From a virus (lineage: Duplodnaviria > Caudoviricetes), in the IMG/VR virus record IMGVR_UViG_3300010160_004367, positions 1 through 57,914 of that record: 57,914 nt of DNA; one strand, written 5' to 3'. The notes beneath the pieces are model-generated. The model did not search any database, was not told the DNA's origin, and worked only from the letters and a program-made list of their open reading frames with translations. Positions 40,472 through 49,401 of this stretch are shown here, one piece after another. Every line of letters starts with the position of its first letter. The first letter of the stretch is position 1. The position numbers and the translations under genes are program-made.

Positions 40472-41485
40472 ATGACATATTCAAGCGGTAGCACAATCTT
40501 AGCAGCAGATTACAATGGTTTTATTGGACCAACATCATCGGGCGGCACCGCTGGTGCTAACTTGAATGACATATGGGGCACAGGGGCGACTGACAAAGGC
40601 TGGGGGCAAACTGCACTTGCCAATCCTGCAGCTACCAACACAGTCACAGCAACTCAATGGTCTGGCCTGGTTAATAATTTGGCATCAGCAGGCAGCCATA
40701 CCAACACTGTGCTCACTTCGAGAACAGCACCCGTAACTGGTAACACCATCAGTGTGTTGGCTAACGTCAGCACTGACCTTACCAGTGTGACCACAAACCG
40801 TGGCAATGCCGCAGCATCAGGAACAACCAGCAGTACCTGGACTGGTGCCATTGACAAAACCAGTGCCACTGGATCAGGAGCTGCTGCCTGGACCATTACC
40901 TGGACTCAAACAGTCACATTTCCCAGTGCTGCGCAAGCGCGATATTTCTGGAACGCCGGTGGCCTAGTCACACTAGACATGAGCTTTACCGCCAATGCAG
41001 TAGACAACGATCCAGACTGGACACGCTTGGTTGGATACATGGGCAAACTGACCATGGCTGGCAGAGTTAACGGTGCTACACAAACCATTGCTGCTGTGGG
41101 CTACACAGGATTTAATCGTGGCGGCACTGGCGGAACACAGACCACGCTGGCATCAACCACCGGCTGGTATTCATTGACAGCCGGCGCTGCTGCTACCACA
41201 ATGATACAGATAAATGATGCCACATATTTGTACACTTCCAATTTTATAAGAACCACAGCCGCAGTTGATGCAACATCAACCATACTGACTTTGGTAACCA
41301 CCTGGAATGCTCCTGCCAAAACAGGTTGGGGGCAGGTAAACAACATTTCAGGCGGCACAGCCACAGCCAGCCCGTTCACCGCATTTGGCACAGCACCTGC
41401 GGTGCTTTGCCGATATGTCCCACCGAGCACTACCTATCTAACCAATAGTTGGGGCACACCTGCCATAGCCAGTTCAGTGGCTTGA
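40472..41485 (+). CDS. Virion structural protein, T/A/G-rich (fibre- or baseplate-associated)
   Basis: 337 aa with AGGA Shine-Dalgarno; GWGQT and TVTFPSAAQARYFWNAGG motifs; last gene before the terminator. Confidence 0.65.
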   Translation: MTYSSGSTILAADYNGFIGPTSSGGTAGANLNDIWGTGATDKGWGQTALANPAATNTVTATQWSGLVNNLASAGSHTNTVLTSRTAPVTGNTISVLANVSTDLTSVTTNRGNAAASGTTSSTWTGAIDKTSATGSGAAAWTITWTQTVTFPSAAQARYFWNAGGLVTLDMSFTANAVDNDPDWTRLVGYMGKLTMAGRVNGATQTIAAVGYTGFNRGGTGGTQTTLASTTGWYSLTAGAAATTMIQINDATYLYTSNFIRTTAAVDATSTILTLVTTWNAPAKTGWGQVNNISGGTATASPFTAFGTAPAVLCRYVPPSTTYLTNSWGTPAIASSVA

Positions 41486-41503
41486 TCGGTTAAATTTCTT
41501 TTG

Positions 41504-41528
41504 AAGAGGTAGACTTCTACCTCTTTTT
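41504..41528 (+). terminator. Rho-independent terminator ending the tail module
   Basis: AAGAGGTAG-actt-CTACCTCTT 9-bp stem-loop running into a T tract (41524-41528). Confidence 0.8.
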
Positions 41529-41538
41529 CATATACAAT
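41510..41538 (+). promoter_or_regulatory. Possible sigma70-type promoter for the glycosyltransferase/radical SAM operon, overlapping the terminator
   Basis: TAGACT (41510-41515), 17-nt spacer, TACAAT (41533-41538); ATG 41545 lies 7 nt downstream. Confidence 0.45.
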
Positions 41539-41544
41539 AATCCA

Positions 41545-41853
41545 ATGGATACTAAAAAACTTGTTGATCATGCACGAGCAAGGTTTGATCATGCGGCCGC
41601 ACGACGAGTGCTTAAAGAAAAATACCAAGCAAAAATGGTGTTTGCTCACGCTGGCGGAATGTGGCGTGCTGGACCAGACCTGCTGACCACACTGTTGAGT
41701 TGCGCACAAGACAAAGATGTTGTGATTTTGGACTTGTACGAAACTCCAATACGCATCAACGTAACTGAATTGTTTGCAAAAGCACACGAACGTTGGCAAG
41801 AACAAATGAACGCATGGCAGGTGGAATGGGAAAAAACCAATCAAAATCGTTGA
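41545..41853 (+). CDS. Hypothetical protein (possible tail-fibre assembly chaperone-like)
   Basis: 102-aa ORF, first gene after the terminator. Function inferred from position only. Confidence 0.6.
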   Translation: MDTKKLVDHARARFDHAAARRVLKEKYQAKMVFAHAGGMWRAGPDLLTTLLSCAQDKDVVILDLYETPIRINVTELFAKAHERWQEQMNAWQVEWEKTNQNR

Positions 41854-42656
41854 GCAAAGGCGCATTGATTTTTGCGTTCAACAATGAGCACATGGATTAC
41901 ATTGCCATGGCTGCATGGTCGGCTCGAAACATTCGAAAACACTTGAATCTGCCAGTGGCCATAGTAACTGACGATCCTGAGAAGGCCGCCAAATATGATT
42001 TTGATCACATTATCACATCCAAGCCAGACAGTGGCGGCACACGATACTTTGTTGACTACCAACAAACAGTCACTTGGTATAACGCTGGTCGAGCAACAGC
42101 ATATGAATTGTCACCTTTTGAACAAACACTGTTGTTGGATGCTGACTATGTGATAGCCAGCGACACACTGTTGCAAGTGATGGAAATGCCACAGCAATTT
42201 GTGGCGTTTGACCGCAGCCTTGATCCTGCTGAAGAATCCGAAGCTGATCCGATGTTGACCAAATTTGGCAACCCTCGCATGCCCATGTGGTGGGCCACAG
42301 TAATGATGTTTCGTCGTGGAAATCTCAGCCAATACGTTTTTGATTCCATGCAAATGGTTCGAGCAAATTGGCAACACTACAGACATTTGTTTAACATAGT
42401 AGAAGGAACATATCGCAATGACTATGCATTGAGTATTGCCCTGGGAATTTTAACCGGACATGAACAATCAGTGCATGCAATTCCTTGGCCCATGATCAAC
42501 GTCATGCCCAGTCAATCATTGAAAAAATTAGATGCTGATCAATATCAAATTGATTGGACTACCACTGACAATCGAGCAAGAAGCATAATGTTTGGTGGCG
42601 TGGATTTTCATGCCATGGGCAAAAAACATTTGGAGGATATAATTGCAGATAATTGA
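41850..42656 (+). CDS. GT-A fold glycosyltransferase-like protein
   Basis: GALIFAFN..DY..MA..SA..I, SPFEQTLLLDAD (DxD) and RNDYALSIA motifs. Start probably TTG 41850 (TTGA overlap) or ATG 41826. Confidence 0.7.
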   Translation: MSKGALIFAFNNEHMDYIAMAAWSARNIRKHLNLPVAIVTDDPEKAAKYDFDHIITSKPDSGGTRYFVDYQQTVTWYNAGRATAYELSPFEQTLLLDADYVIASDTLLQVMEMPQQFVAFDRSLDPAEESEADPMLTKFGNPRMPMWWATVMMFRRGNLSQYVFDSMQMVRANWQHYRHLFNIVEGTYRNDYALSIALGILTGHEQSVHAIPWPMINVMPSQSLKKLDADQYQIDWTTTDNRARSIMFGGVDFHAMGKKHLEDIIADN

Positions 42657-43413
42657 TGAACAAGGATATGTAATTGTTGCAGTAAACACCCACACAGTTG
42701 ATTATGTTGGGTGTGCCCAACGGTTGGCAGCGACCATAAAACACTGGGACCCGGGATCAAAGGTTTGTTTGATAACAGATCGAGAGCACTTAAATCCAGT
42801 GTTTGATCATGTGCGACTGTTGGCTCCACAAGACAATCCCTATGCCAATGATGCACAGCTATTTGCATTGACACCATTTCGTGAAACCATCAAGCTAGAA
42901 GCAGACATGTTGATTGTGTCGCCTATTGCACATTGGTGGGATCAATTTAGACACCGTGATGTTGTGATATCCACAGGATGTAACAATTGGCAAGATTCAG
43001 AAAGCAAATCAAGATATTATCGTCAGGTATTTGATTTCAACCGTTTACCAGATGTGTATAACGCAATTACCTATTGGCGACTGAGCCGCACAGCACAAGA
43101 ATTTTTTGAGTTGATTGGACAGATATTTGCCAATTGGGAAGAATTCAAACGACTGATCAAGTTTCCTGATCAAGTGCCATCTACTGATTTGGTTTATGCC
43201 ATGGCTGCTGAAATCATGGGGCGAGATCGTGTGACCATGCCATTCAGCACATATCCAAAAATCACACACATGAAAAGACTGCATGCCGGGACCACAACTG
43301 AACAATGGCCAGTTGAACTGGTATGGGAATACAGTGATTGGCGTTTGCGTATTCAAACCGTGGAACAAATTGGTGCATTTCATTATCATGTAAAAGACTG
43401 GAAAGCACAATGA
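42643..43413 (+). CDS. GT-A fold glycosyltransferase-like protein, paralog of the preceding gene
   Basis: GYVIVAVN..DY..CA..LA..I, TPFRETIKLEAD (ExD) and STDLVYAMA motifs; GGAGG Shine-Dalgarno before the TTG start. Confidence 0.7.
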   Translation: MQIIDEQGYVIVAVNTHTVDYVGCAQRLAATIKHWDPGSKVCLITDREHLNPVFDHVRLLAPQDNPYANDAQLFALTPFRETIKLEADMLIVSPIAHWWDQFRHRDVVISTGCNNWQDSESKSRYYRQVFDFNRLPDVYNAITYWRLSRTAQEFFELIGQIFANWEEFKRLIKFPDQVPSTDLVYAMAAEIMGRDRVTMPFSTYPKITHMKRLHAGTTTEQWPVELVWEYSDWRLRIQTVEQIGAFHYHVKDWKAQ

Positions 43414-44159
43414 CCAAACAATTCAAAATATTATTAATAGGTGATGACTGCAACGACATTTACACATACGGTCATGTAAAACGCATCAGCCCTGAAGCAC
43501 CTGTGCCCATATTTGAACCGGTTTATACCATTCATCATGATGGCATGGCAGGCAATGTTCGAAAGAATCTAGAAGCATTAGGATGTGCGGTTGATTTCCT
43601 AAGAGACAAAGACAGGGTCAGTGAAAAAAACAGACTGATTGACGAACGCACCAAACAACAATTACTGCGTGTGGACCGAGATGTTGAAGGCAAACCCATC
43701 ACATTTGAAACAGCAATACCTCCTGTATACGATGCGATAGTTATCAGCGACTACAACAAAGGCACAGTGACTTACAAACTCATAGAAGAACTGGTTCAAG
43801 AAGTCAATGTGCCTATCTTTGTTGACACAAAGAAAACAGACCTGGCAAGATTAACAGGTTGCTATGTCAAGATCAATGCATTAGAAAAAAGTCGCGCAAC
43901 AAGTTTACCTGACTCAGAGCATTTGATTGTCACTCACGGCAGCGATGGTGCAGAATGGAATGGTTGGGTATTTCCTGCTGAGATTGCAGGTGATGTTGTT
44001 GATGTATGCGGAGCAGGAGATACATTTTTAGCGGCTCTTGCATACAAATTTTTAGAGACTAATAAAATGAATGAAGCTGTTATATTTGCAAACAAGGCCT
44101 CAGCTGTCACAGTGCAACACATAGGTGTATATGCACCTCGCTTGGAGCAAATCAAATGA
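43410..44159 (+). CDS. PfkB-family sugar kinase, HldE/RfaE kinase-domain-like (heptose-7-phosphate kinase type)
   Basis: LLIGD, RISPEAPVP, GMAGNV..NL, SDYNKG and DVCGAGDTFLA motifs; start at ATG 43410 (ATGA overlap). Confidence 0.88.
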   Translation: MTKQFKILLIGDDCNDIYTYGHVKRISPEAPVPIFEPVYTIHHDGMAGNVRKNLEALGCAVDFLRDKDRVSEKNRLIDERTKQQLLRVDRDVEGKPITFETAIPPVYDAIVISDYNKGTVTYKLIEELVQEVNVPIFVDTKKTDLARLTGCYVKINALEKSRATSLPDSEHLIVTHGSDGAEWNGWVFPAEIAGDVVDVCGAGDTFLAALAYKFLETNKMNEAVIFANKASAVTVQHIGVYAPRLEQIK

Positions 44160-44515
44160 CAAGACTCAAAGGACATGTGGAAAAAGGCTGGGGCTCAGAA
44201 TTGATCTGGGCCAGCAATGATCGCTACTGCGGTAAAATGATGAACTTCAACACCGGTGCACGATTCAGCATGCACTTCCATCGCGAAAAAGAAGAAACTT
44301 GGTATGTGCAATCTGGCAAATTCATTGTGCGGTGGATTCTCACAGACACCGCAGAACAACGAGAACAAGAATTAATTAAGGGTGCAGTATGGCACAATCC
44401 TCCACTGTTTCCGCATCAACTGATTTGTGTGGAAGCAGGCACAGTATTGGAAGTGTCAACAGCAGACAGTGTGGAAGACAACTACCGCGTGTTGCCCGGA
44501 GACAGTCAAACATGA
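44156..44515 (+). CDS. Cupin-fold sugar isomerase-like protein (mannose-6-phosphate isomerase / D-lyxose isomerase type)
   Basis: KGWGSELIW, SMHFHREKEETWYV, PHQL and EVST motifs. Confidence 0.8.
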   Translation: MTRLKGHVEKGWGSELIWASNDRYCGKMMNFNTGARFSMHFHREKEETWYVQSGKFIVRWILTDTAEQREQELIKGAVWHNPPLFPHQLICVEAGTVLEVSTADSVEDNYRVLPGDSQT

Positions 44516-44847
44516 CACCCGACCAACTGCAACAACTGTTGCAGGCCATGCCTGCACCCAAACCAGTATTTTGGAGATTGTATTACAGTGACGACGGCAA
44601 ACCAATTCAATACACCATGGAAGACTTGCCAGGTACATACATTGACGTTGACCCAGTGACGTATTCTCGTGGCAACATGAATATTCGAGTAGTCAATGAA
44701 CAAATAGTAGAAGTATTTTTTAGAACAACCAAAAAACTGGTTCCTGGCAACTCTGGATCCCCTTGTCATCCTGACAATGTCGCTGTAATCGTTGCCGAGG
44801 ACCAACCTCATACCAAATGGAAACAAAAAACATATGAATCAAATTGA
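44512..44847 (+). CDS. Hypothetical protein
   Basis: 111 aa from ATG 44512 (GGAG upstream, ATGA overlap). Confidence 0.65.
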   Translation: MTPDQLQQLLQAMPAPKPVFWRLYYSDDGKPIQYTMEDLPGTYIDVDPVTYSRGNMNIRVVNEQIVEVFFRTTKKLVPGNSGSPCHPDNVAVIVAEDQPHTKWKQKTYESN

Positions 44848-45760
44848 TATTGCAGACCTAGACTGTGTATACTTGAGCTATGACGAACCTGAAAAAGAAG
44901 AGTTTTGGGTCCGTATCAAAAACATGGTGCCTTGGGCCACCCGAGTAGATGGTATTAAAGGCTCAGATGCAGCACACAAGGCCGCGGCCACAGCCAGCAC
45001 CACTGAACGCTTTATCTTGATCGACGGAGACAATATTCCTGATGCTGCTTTTTTCAATCAAACATTGACATTTGTCACACCTGACTGGGAACAAGCAGTG
45101 TTTCGTTGGCGTGCTAGAAATCACATCAATGGACTCATGTACGGCAATGGCGGCGTGAGTTCATGGACACGTGAGTTTGTGTTCAACATGCGCACACACG
45201 AAGCCACCGACGGGCGTGTGGAAACAGAAGTAGAGTTTTGTTTTGATCCCTTATACTGGGCCATGCACGACTGCTACTCAACCACATATCCCAATGGTTC
45301 AGCATTTCAAGCCTGGCGTGCTGGATTTCGTGAAGGTGTTAAAATGTGCTTGAACAAAGGTTCCAAGCCCACAGTGGAACAGTTTCAACAACAAGTGCAT
45401 CAACGCAACTTGGATCATTTGACCATATGGCACAACATTGGTGCAGATGTCAACAATGGACAGTGGGCCATGGCTGGTGCCAGACAAGGCACATACATGA
45501 CCATGCTCACAAACTGGGATCATAGACTGGTGCAAGACTTTGATGCACTAGCAGAAATCTGGGACACAGTCAAAGATTCAGATCCTAGATTGCTGGGTGG
45601 CCGCGTGGCCGATGACTTGTATAGCCAGTTGGACTTGCCAATGGCCATATTTGAAGGTGAGCAAAGCCGGTTTTTCAAACAGCACTACCGTAGCAACTGG
45701 TCCAACCGTGGCATCATGGTGCGAGAGATTGATGTTATCCGCCAACAAGAAGGCTGGTAA
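44834..45760 (+). CDS. GT-A fold glycosyltransferase-like protein
   Basis: VYLSYDEP, RVDGIKGSDAAHKAAA, FILIDGDN (DxD), NGLMYGNGG and AWRAGFREGVKM motifs; start at ATG 44834. Confidence 0.65.
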   Translation: MNQIDIADLDCVYLSYDEPEKEEFWVRIKNMVPWATRVDGIKGSDAAHKAAATASTTERFILIDGDNIPDAAFFNQTLTFVTPDWEQAVFRWRARNHINGLMYGNGGVSSWTREFVFNMRTHEATDGRVETEVEFCFDPLYWAMHDCYSTTYPNGSAFQAWRAGFREGVKMCLNKGSKPTVEQFQQQVHQRNLDHLTIWHNIGADVNNGQWAMAGARQGTYMTMLTNWDHRLVQDFDALAEIWDTVKDSDPRLLGGRVADDLYSQLDLPMAIFEGEQSRFFKQHYRSNWSNRGIMVREIDVIRQQEGW

Positions 45761-47157
45761 TGAACAAAGGTGATGAGTCAATAGACAACAAAAGCAAGTT
45801 CCTTGGTGCTGCTGAACAAATGAAACAGAAACTAGGACCTGCTCTTTGTCTGGCCAAGTGGAAGCAGGTTAGCCTACATCTCACCACCGGACTCAACAAC
45901 TCATGCTACCATCCTCCATTGCATGCTATTGATGCAGACGCAATAAAAGTAGATCCCAGGGCATTACACAATACTGCACACAAAAAAGCTCAACGTGTGA
46001 TGATGTTGCACAACGAAAAACCTGCTGAGTGCTCCTACTGCTGGAACATGGAAAATGAAGGCAAGCTCAGTGACCGACACTATCGATCAGGCGAGCCCTG
46101 GGCTGCCATAGATTTTGAATCAATAAAAAACTCAACAGGAGAAGAAAATGTTATCCCCAGTTATGTTGAAGTTAATTTCAACCATGCTTGTAATCTCAAG
46201 TGTAGTTATTGTAGCCCTCAGTTTTCAAGCTCTTGGCAGGACGAAGTTGCAAGGCTTGGCGCTTACCCTACTAGCAGTGCTCATAATGCTCCTGAGCATT
46301 TTGTGGGCCAACGACGCCCCATACCCACAAGAGAACACAATCCCTACGTTGACGCCTTCTGGTCTTGGTGGCCCGAACTCTATCCGCACCTAGAACATTT
46401 CCGCATGACTGGTGGTGAGCCACTGCTGGATCGGAATACCTATCGTGTGTTTGACTATGTGTTGGAGAATCCCAGTCCACGATTGCATTTGAATGTCACA
46501 AGCAATTTCTCAGTGGATGAGAAGTCATGGCAAAAATATCTAGACTATGTCAAACGCATCTGTGATGGACGCATAGAACACTTCATGCAGTATGTGAGCT
46601 TAGACGGCTGGGGTGCTCAAGCAGAATACATGCGGCATGGTCTAGACTTTGACTTGTTGTGGGACCGAGTAAATCAATTCCTTACTGAAGTTCCCAACTA
46701 CTCAAGCCTGACATTTATTATCACAATGAACAATCTCAGCGTGACTAGTTTGGACAAACTGTTTGCTGGCATACTAGGACTACGCAAGGTATACAGCAAC
46801 ACCTATCAGCGTGTGTGGTTTGACACACCTGTGTTGCGTGAACCTGCCTGGCAGAGTTTGCAAATACTTCCTGAAAGTTATGCAGATCGATTAGAATTGT
46901 TGTGGGCATGGATGATACGTCAAATTGAAACAGAAGAAGCACCGTTCCGAGGATTCAAAGACTACGAACTGCACAGACTGGATCGTGACATTGCTTGGAT
47001 GAGATCAGCACAGTTGAAAGATCACAGTCGTGCAAAAGCAGACTTCTATCGCTTCTTCAGCGAACATGACCGACGTCGTAGCACAGATTTTTTAGCAACA
47101 TTTCCTGAAATGAAGTCATGGTGGGAGGAGTGCGCATACCATGCTAGGCAATCGTAA
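45760..47157 (+). CDS. N-terminal twitch-domain radical SAM protein (array member 1)
   Basis: CLAKW..SCYHPP..ECSYCW; CNLKCSYC; TGGEPL; SLDG; EYMRHG; HDRRR..F..TFPE. Confidence 0.92.
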   Translation: MNKGDESIDNKSKFLGAAEQMKQKLGPALCLAKWKQVSLHLTTGLNNSCYHPPLHAIDADAIKVDPRALHNTAHKKAQRVMMLHNEKPAECSYCWNMENEGKLSDRHYRSGEPWAAIDFESIKNSTGEENVIPSYVEVNFNHACNLKCSYCSPQFSSSWQDEVARLGAYPTSSAHNAPEHFVGQRRPIPTREHNPYVDAFWSWWPELYPHLEHFRMTGGEPLLDRNTYRVFDYVLENPSPRLHLNVTSNFSVDEKSWQKYLDYVKRICDGRIEHFMQYVSLDGWGAQAEYMRHGLDFDLLWDRVNQFLTEVPNYSSLTFIITMNNLSVTSLDKLFAGILGLRKVYSNTYQRVWFDTPVLREPAWQSLQILPESYADRLELLWAWMIRQIETEEAPFRGFKDYELHRLDRDIAWMRSAQLKDHSRAKADFYRFFSEHDRRRSTDFLATFPEMKSWWEECAYHARQS

Positions 47158-48265
47158 AATCATTGTAGACACCTGGGCCGAAGTATGGGACCTGCTTGAG
47201 CCGTATGCGGATGGAAATTTTTGGCAATGGCCTGAACAACTGGAACCTGATGCTGTTTACATTGTAGGCCGCGTGGTATTCAACGACAACTGGAAAGCCA
47301 TAACAGATTGGGCAACACAACATCCAGGCAATGTTGTGTTTTCCAATCCTGCCGAAGGCAGTCAAACCATGTGGACTCAACTTCAACGATTGAGAATCAT
47401 GAACCATGTGCAAGATGGACGTATTGGATTGTTGGCATCTGGTGACCTAGAACCTGGCTATAACTATTGCAAAACAGATTGTTATTTTTCTCATATTGTA
47501 GAATATTTAGAAAATTTACGTGCGCACGAATTTTATTCGCAGGTATATCACAAAACACGCAAGCCTTATGACTTCTTATTCCTTAATGGTCGGTTGCGTC
47601 CACATCGCAAATATCTAATAGATACCATGCGTGATCGAAAGTTGTTGGATCGAGCACTGTGGACCAATTTGCAAAATCAAGTGGACATGAGGTGGTCAAG
47701 TCAGCTGCCAACCCAAGACTTAGAACCAATAAGACTATTGCCGCCTGAGTATGAAATTGAACCAGCAAGATCAAATTTAGAATTGGTTGGACCAAACACT
47801 GGATTTGTCAAGTATCAATTGTTCAACAATATTCAAGAAGGATGCACCTGGGGAGATGCGGTTATCAATCCTGCTGCCTATATTGACACTTATTTTAGTG
47901 TGGTTTCAGAAACCATATTTGACTATCCTTATACATTTCGCACAGAAAAGATTTGGAAACCCATGATCATGGGCCACCCATTTGTGGCAGCGGCCAATCG
48001 CGGTTTCTACAGAGATTTACACTCGGCAGGATTTGAAACATTTGGTAATCTGATTGATGAGAGTTTTGATCTAATAGATGATCCTCGAGATCGTGCTGAT
48101 AGAATCGTTGACGTTGTGGCAGATATATGTTATAATGGTGCTGCTGAGTTTTTGGCAGCTGCCAAGGCAGTTTGTAAGCATAACTATCAACAACTTCGTG
48201 AACACAATCGTCGTGAACGTGCAGAACTGCCCAATCGTCTGGCTCAATACATCAACAATATATGA
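47141..48265 (+). CDS. Hypothetical protein with a GT10/GT-B-like C-terminal motif
   Basis: FLFLNGRLRPHR and YFSVVSET...RTEKIWKPM...GFETF..IDESFD resemble the fucosyltransferase-like F..EN...TEK motif. Confidence 0.55.
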   Translation: MLGNRKIIVDTWAEVWDLLEPYADGNFWQWPEQLEPDAVYIVGRVVFNDNWKAITDWATQHPGNVVFSNPAEGSQTMWTQLQRLRIMNHVQDGRIGLLASGDLEPGYNYCKTDCYFSHIVEYLENLRAHEFYSQVYHKTRKPYDFLFLNGRLRPHRKYLIDTMRDRKLLDRALWTNLQNQVDMRWSSQLPTQDLEPIRLLPPEYEIEPARSNLELVGPNTGFVKYQLFNNIQEGCTWGDAVINPAAYIDTYFSVVSETIFDYPYTFRTEKIWKPMIMGHPFVAAANRGFYRDLHSAGFETFGNLIDESFDLIDDPRDRADRIVDVVADICYNGAAEFLAAAKAVCKHNYQQLREHNRRERAELPNRLAQYINNI

Positions 48266-49389
48266 ATGCTCATTATTGCATTTTACCTTTTATTCATTTA
48301 CACATAAATGAAAAAGATCAAGTCAAGTTGTGCTGTTATTCAACTGCATTAACACAATACAATGCTGAGTTTGATTATGTAACCAATGAACATTATCAAC
48401 AAGTAAGAAGTCAGCTTCGGCAAGGCTTACCAGTAAGGCAATGCGAATCTTGCTACAAGATAGAACAAGCCGGCGGTGAAAGTTTTAGAATAAGAGACAC
48501 CGCAGAGTGGCAACAAAAATTAAAAATTCAAGATTTAGATACGTTTGAACCTCAACTGATCTATTATGACATACGCAATGACAACACTTGCAACTTGAGT
48601 TGTCGTATATGTCATCCTGGTGCAAGCAGTCAATTGGAAAAAGAATACAAAAAACTAAACTGGCCTATCAAACCGTCTTCAAGAAAACACAAACTAACCA
48701 AAATTGTTGATTTAGATACCATACAGCAATTACAGATTGCTGGTGGAGAGCCAACAATCATGCCTGAATTTAAAGAATTTTTAGAAAATGCCATTGCCCA
48801 AAATCGAACTGATATTGCATTAAAAATTATAACAAATGCTACCAACGTTAACTTGTCTTATCAAACTCTGTTAAATGCATTCTCTGACAAAGAATTCATA
48901 GTCAGCATAGACGGCTATGATTTAATCAATCGGTATATACGATGGCCGAGTGATTGGGAAACATTGATCACAAACATACACAGGTTGTATGAAATAACTG
49001 ACCGTGTGTCATTCAATGTCACAGTAAGCATGTGGAACGTTGGCAATCTAAGCAAACTGATTTTGTTTTTAGAAAAAGAATTCAACAACCCTTTGATATT
49101 TTTAAATGAAGCTGTGCCAAATGGCAGAGCAAACATAAGCCCATTTAATCGGCCAGACCAGGACATTGTGCTTGCTGACTTAGAAAAATTAAAAAATTGT
49201 GCATCGTATCAACTCGAAGATCATTTCAAAAACAAAGTGGATTACTTTTTATCAAAAATGAAAACTCGTACAGTTGACCTAAACTCGTTGAGAAAATTCT
49301 TTGATTACAATGATCAGTTGGATCAATCTCGAAATGTAAAACTGGAAGACTTTGTTCCCGAATTATATGCATGCAAGAGTTATCTGTAA
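48262..49389 (+). CDS. N-terminal twitch-domain radical SAM protein (array member 2, AT-rich)
   Basis: CILPF..LCC..QCESC; CNLSCRIC; AGGEP; SIDG; YIRWP; LDQSR....FVPEL. Confidence 0.92.
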   Translation: MNAHYCILPFIHLHINEKDQVKLCCYSTALTQYNAEFDYVTNEHYQQVRSQLRQGLPVRQCESCYKIEQAGGESFRIRDTAEWQQKLKIQDLDTFEPQLIYYDIRNDNTCNLSCRICHPGASSQLEKEYKKLNWPIKPSSRKHKLTKIVDLDTIQQLQIAGGEPTIMPEFKEFLENAIAQNRTDIALKIITNATNVNLSYQTLLNAFSDKEFIVSIDGYDLINRYIRWPSDWETLITNIHRLYEITDRVSFNVTVSMWNVGNLSKLILFLEKEFNNPLIFLNEAVPNGRANISPFNRPDQDIVLADLEKLKNCASYQLEDHFKNKVDYFLSKMKTRTVDLNSLRKFFDYNDQLDQSRNVKLEDFVPELYACKSYL

Positions 49390-49392
49390 ATA
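49387..49392 (+). promoter_or_regulatory. Possible late promoter box TAAATA inside the radical SAM array
   Basis: Lies in the only non-overlapping junction of the array, just before ATG 49402, and overlaps the upstream TAA stop. Confidence 0.4.
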
Positions 49393-49401
49393 CAATCCCT
49401 T

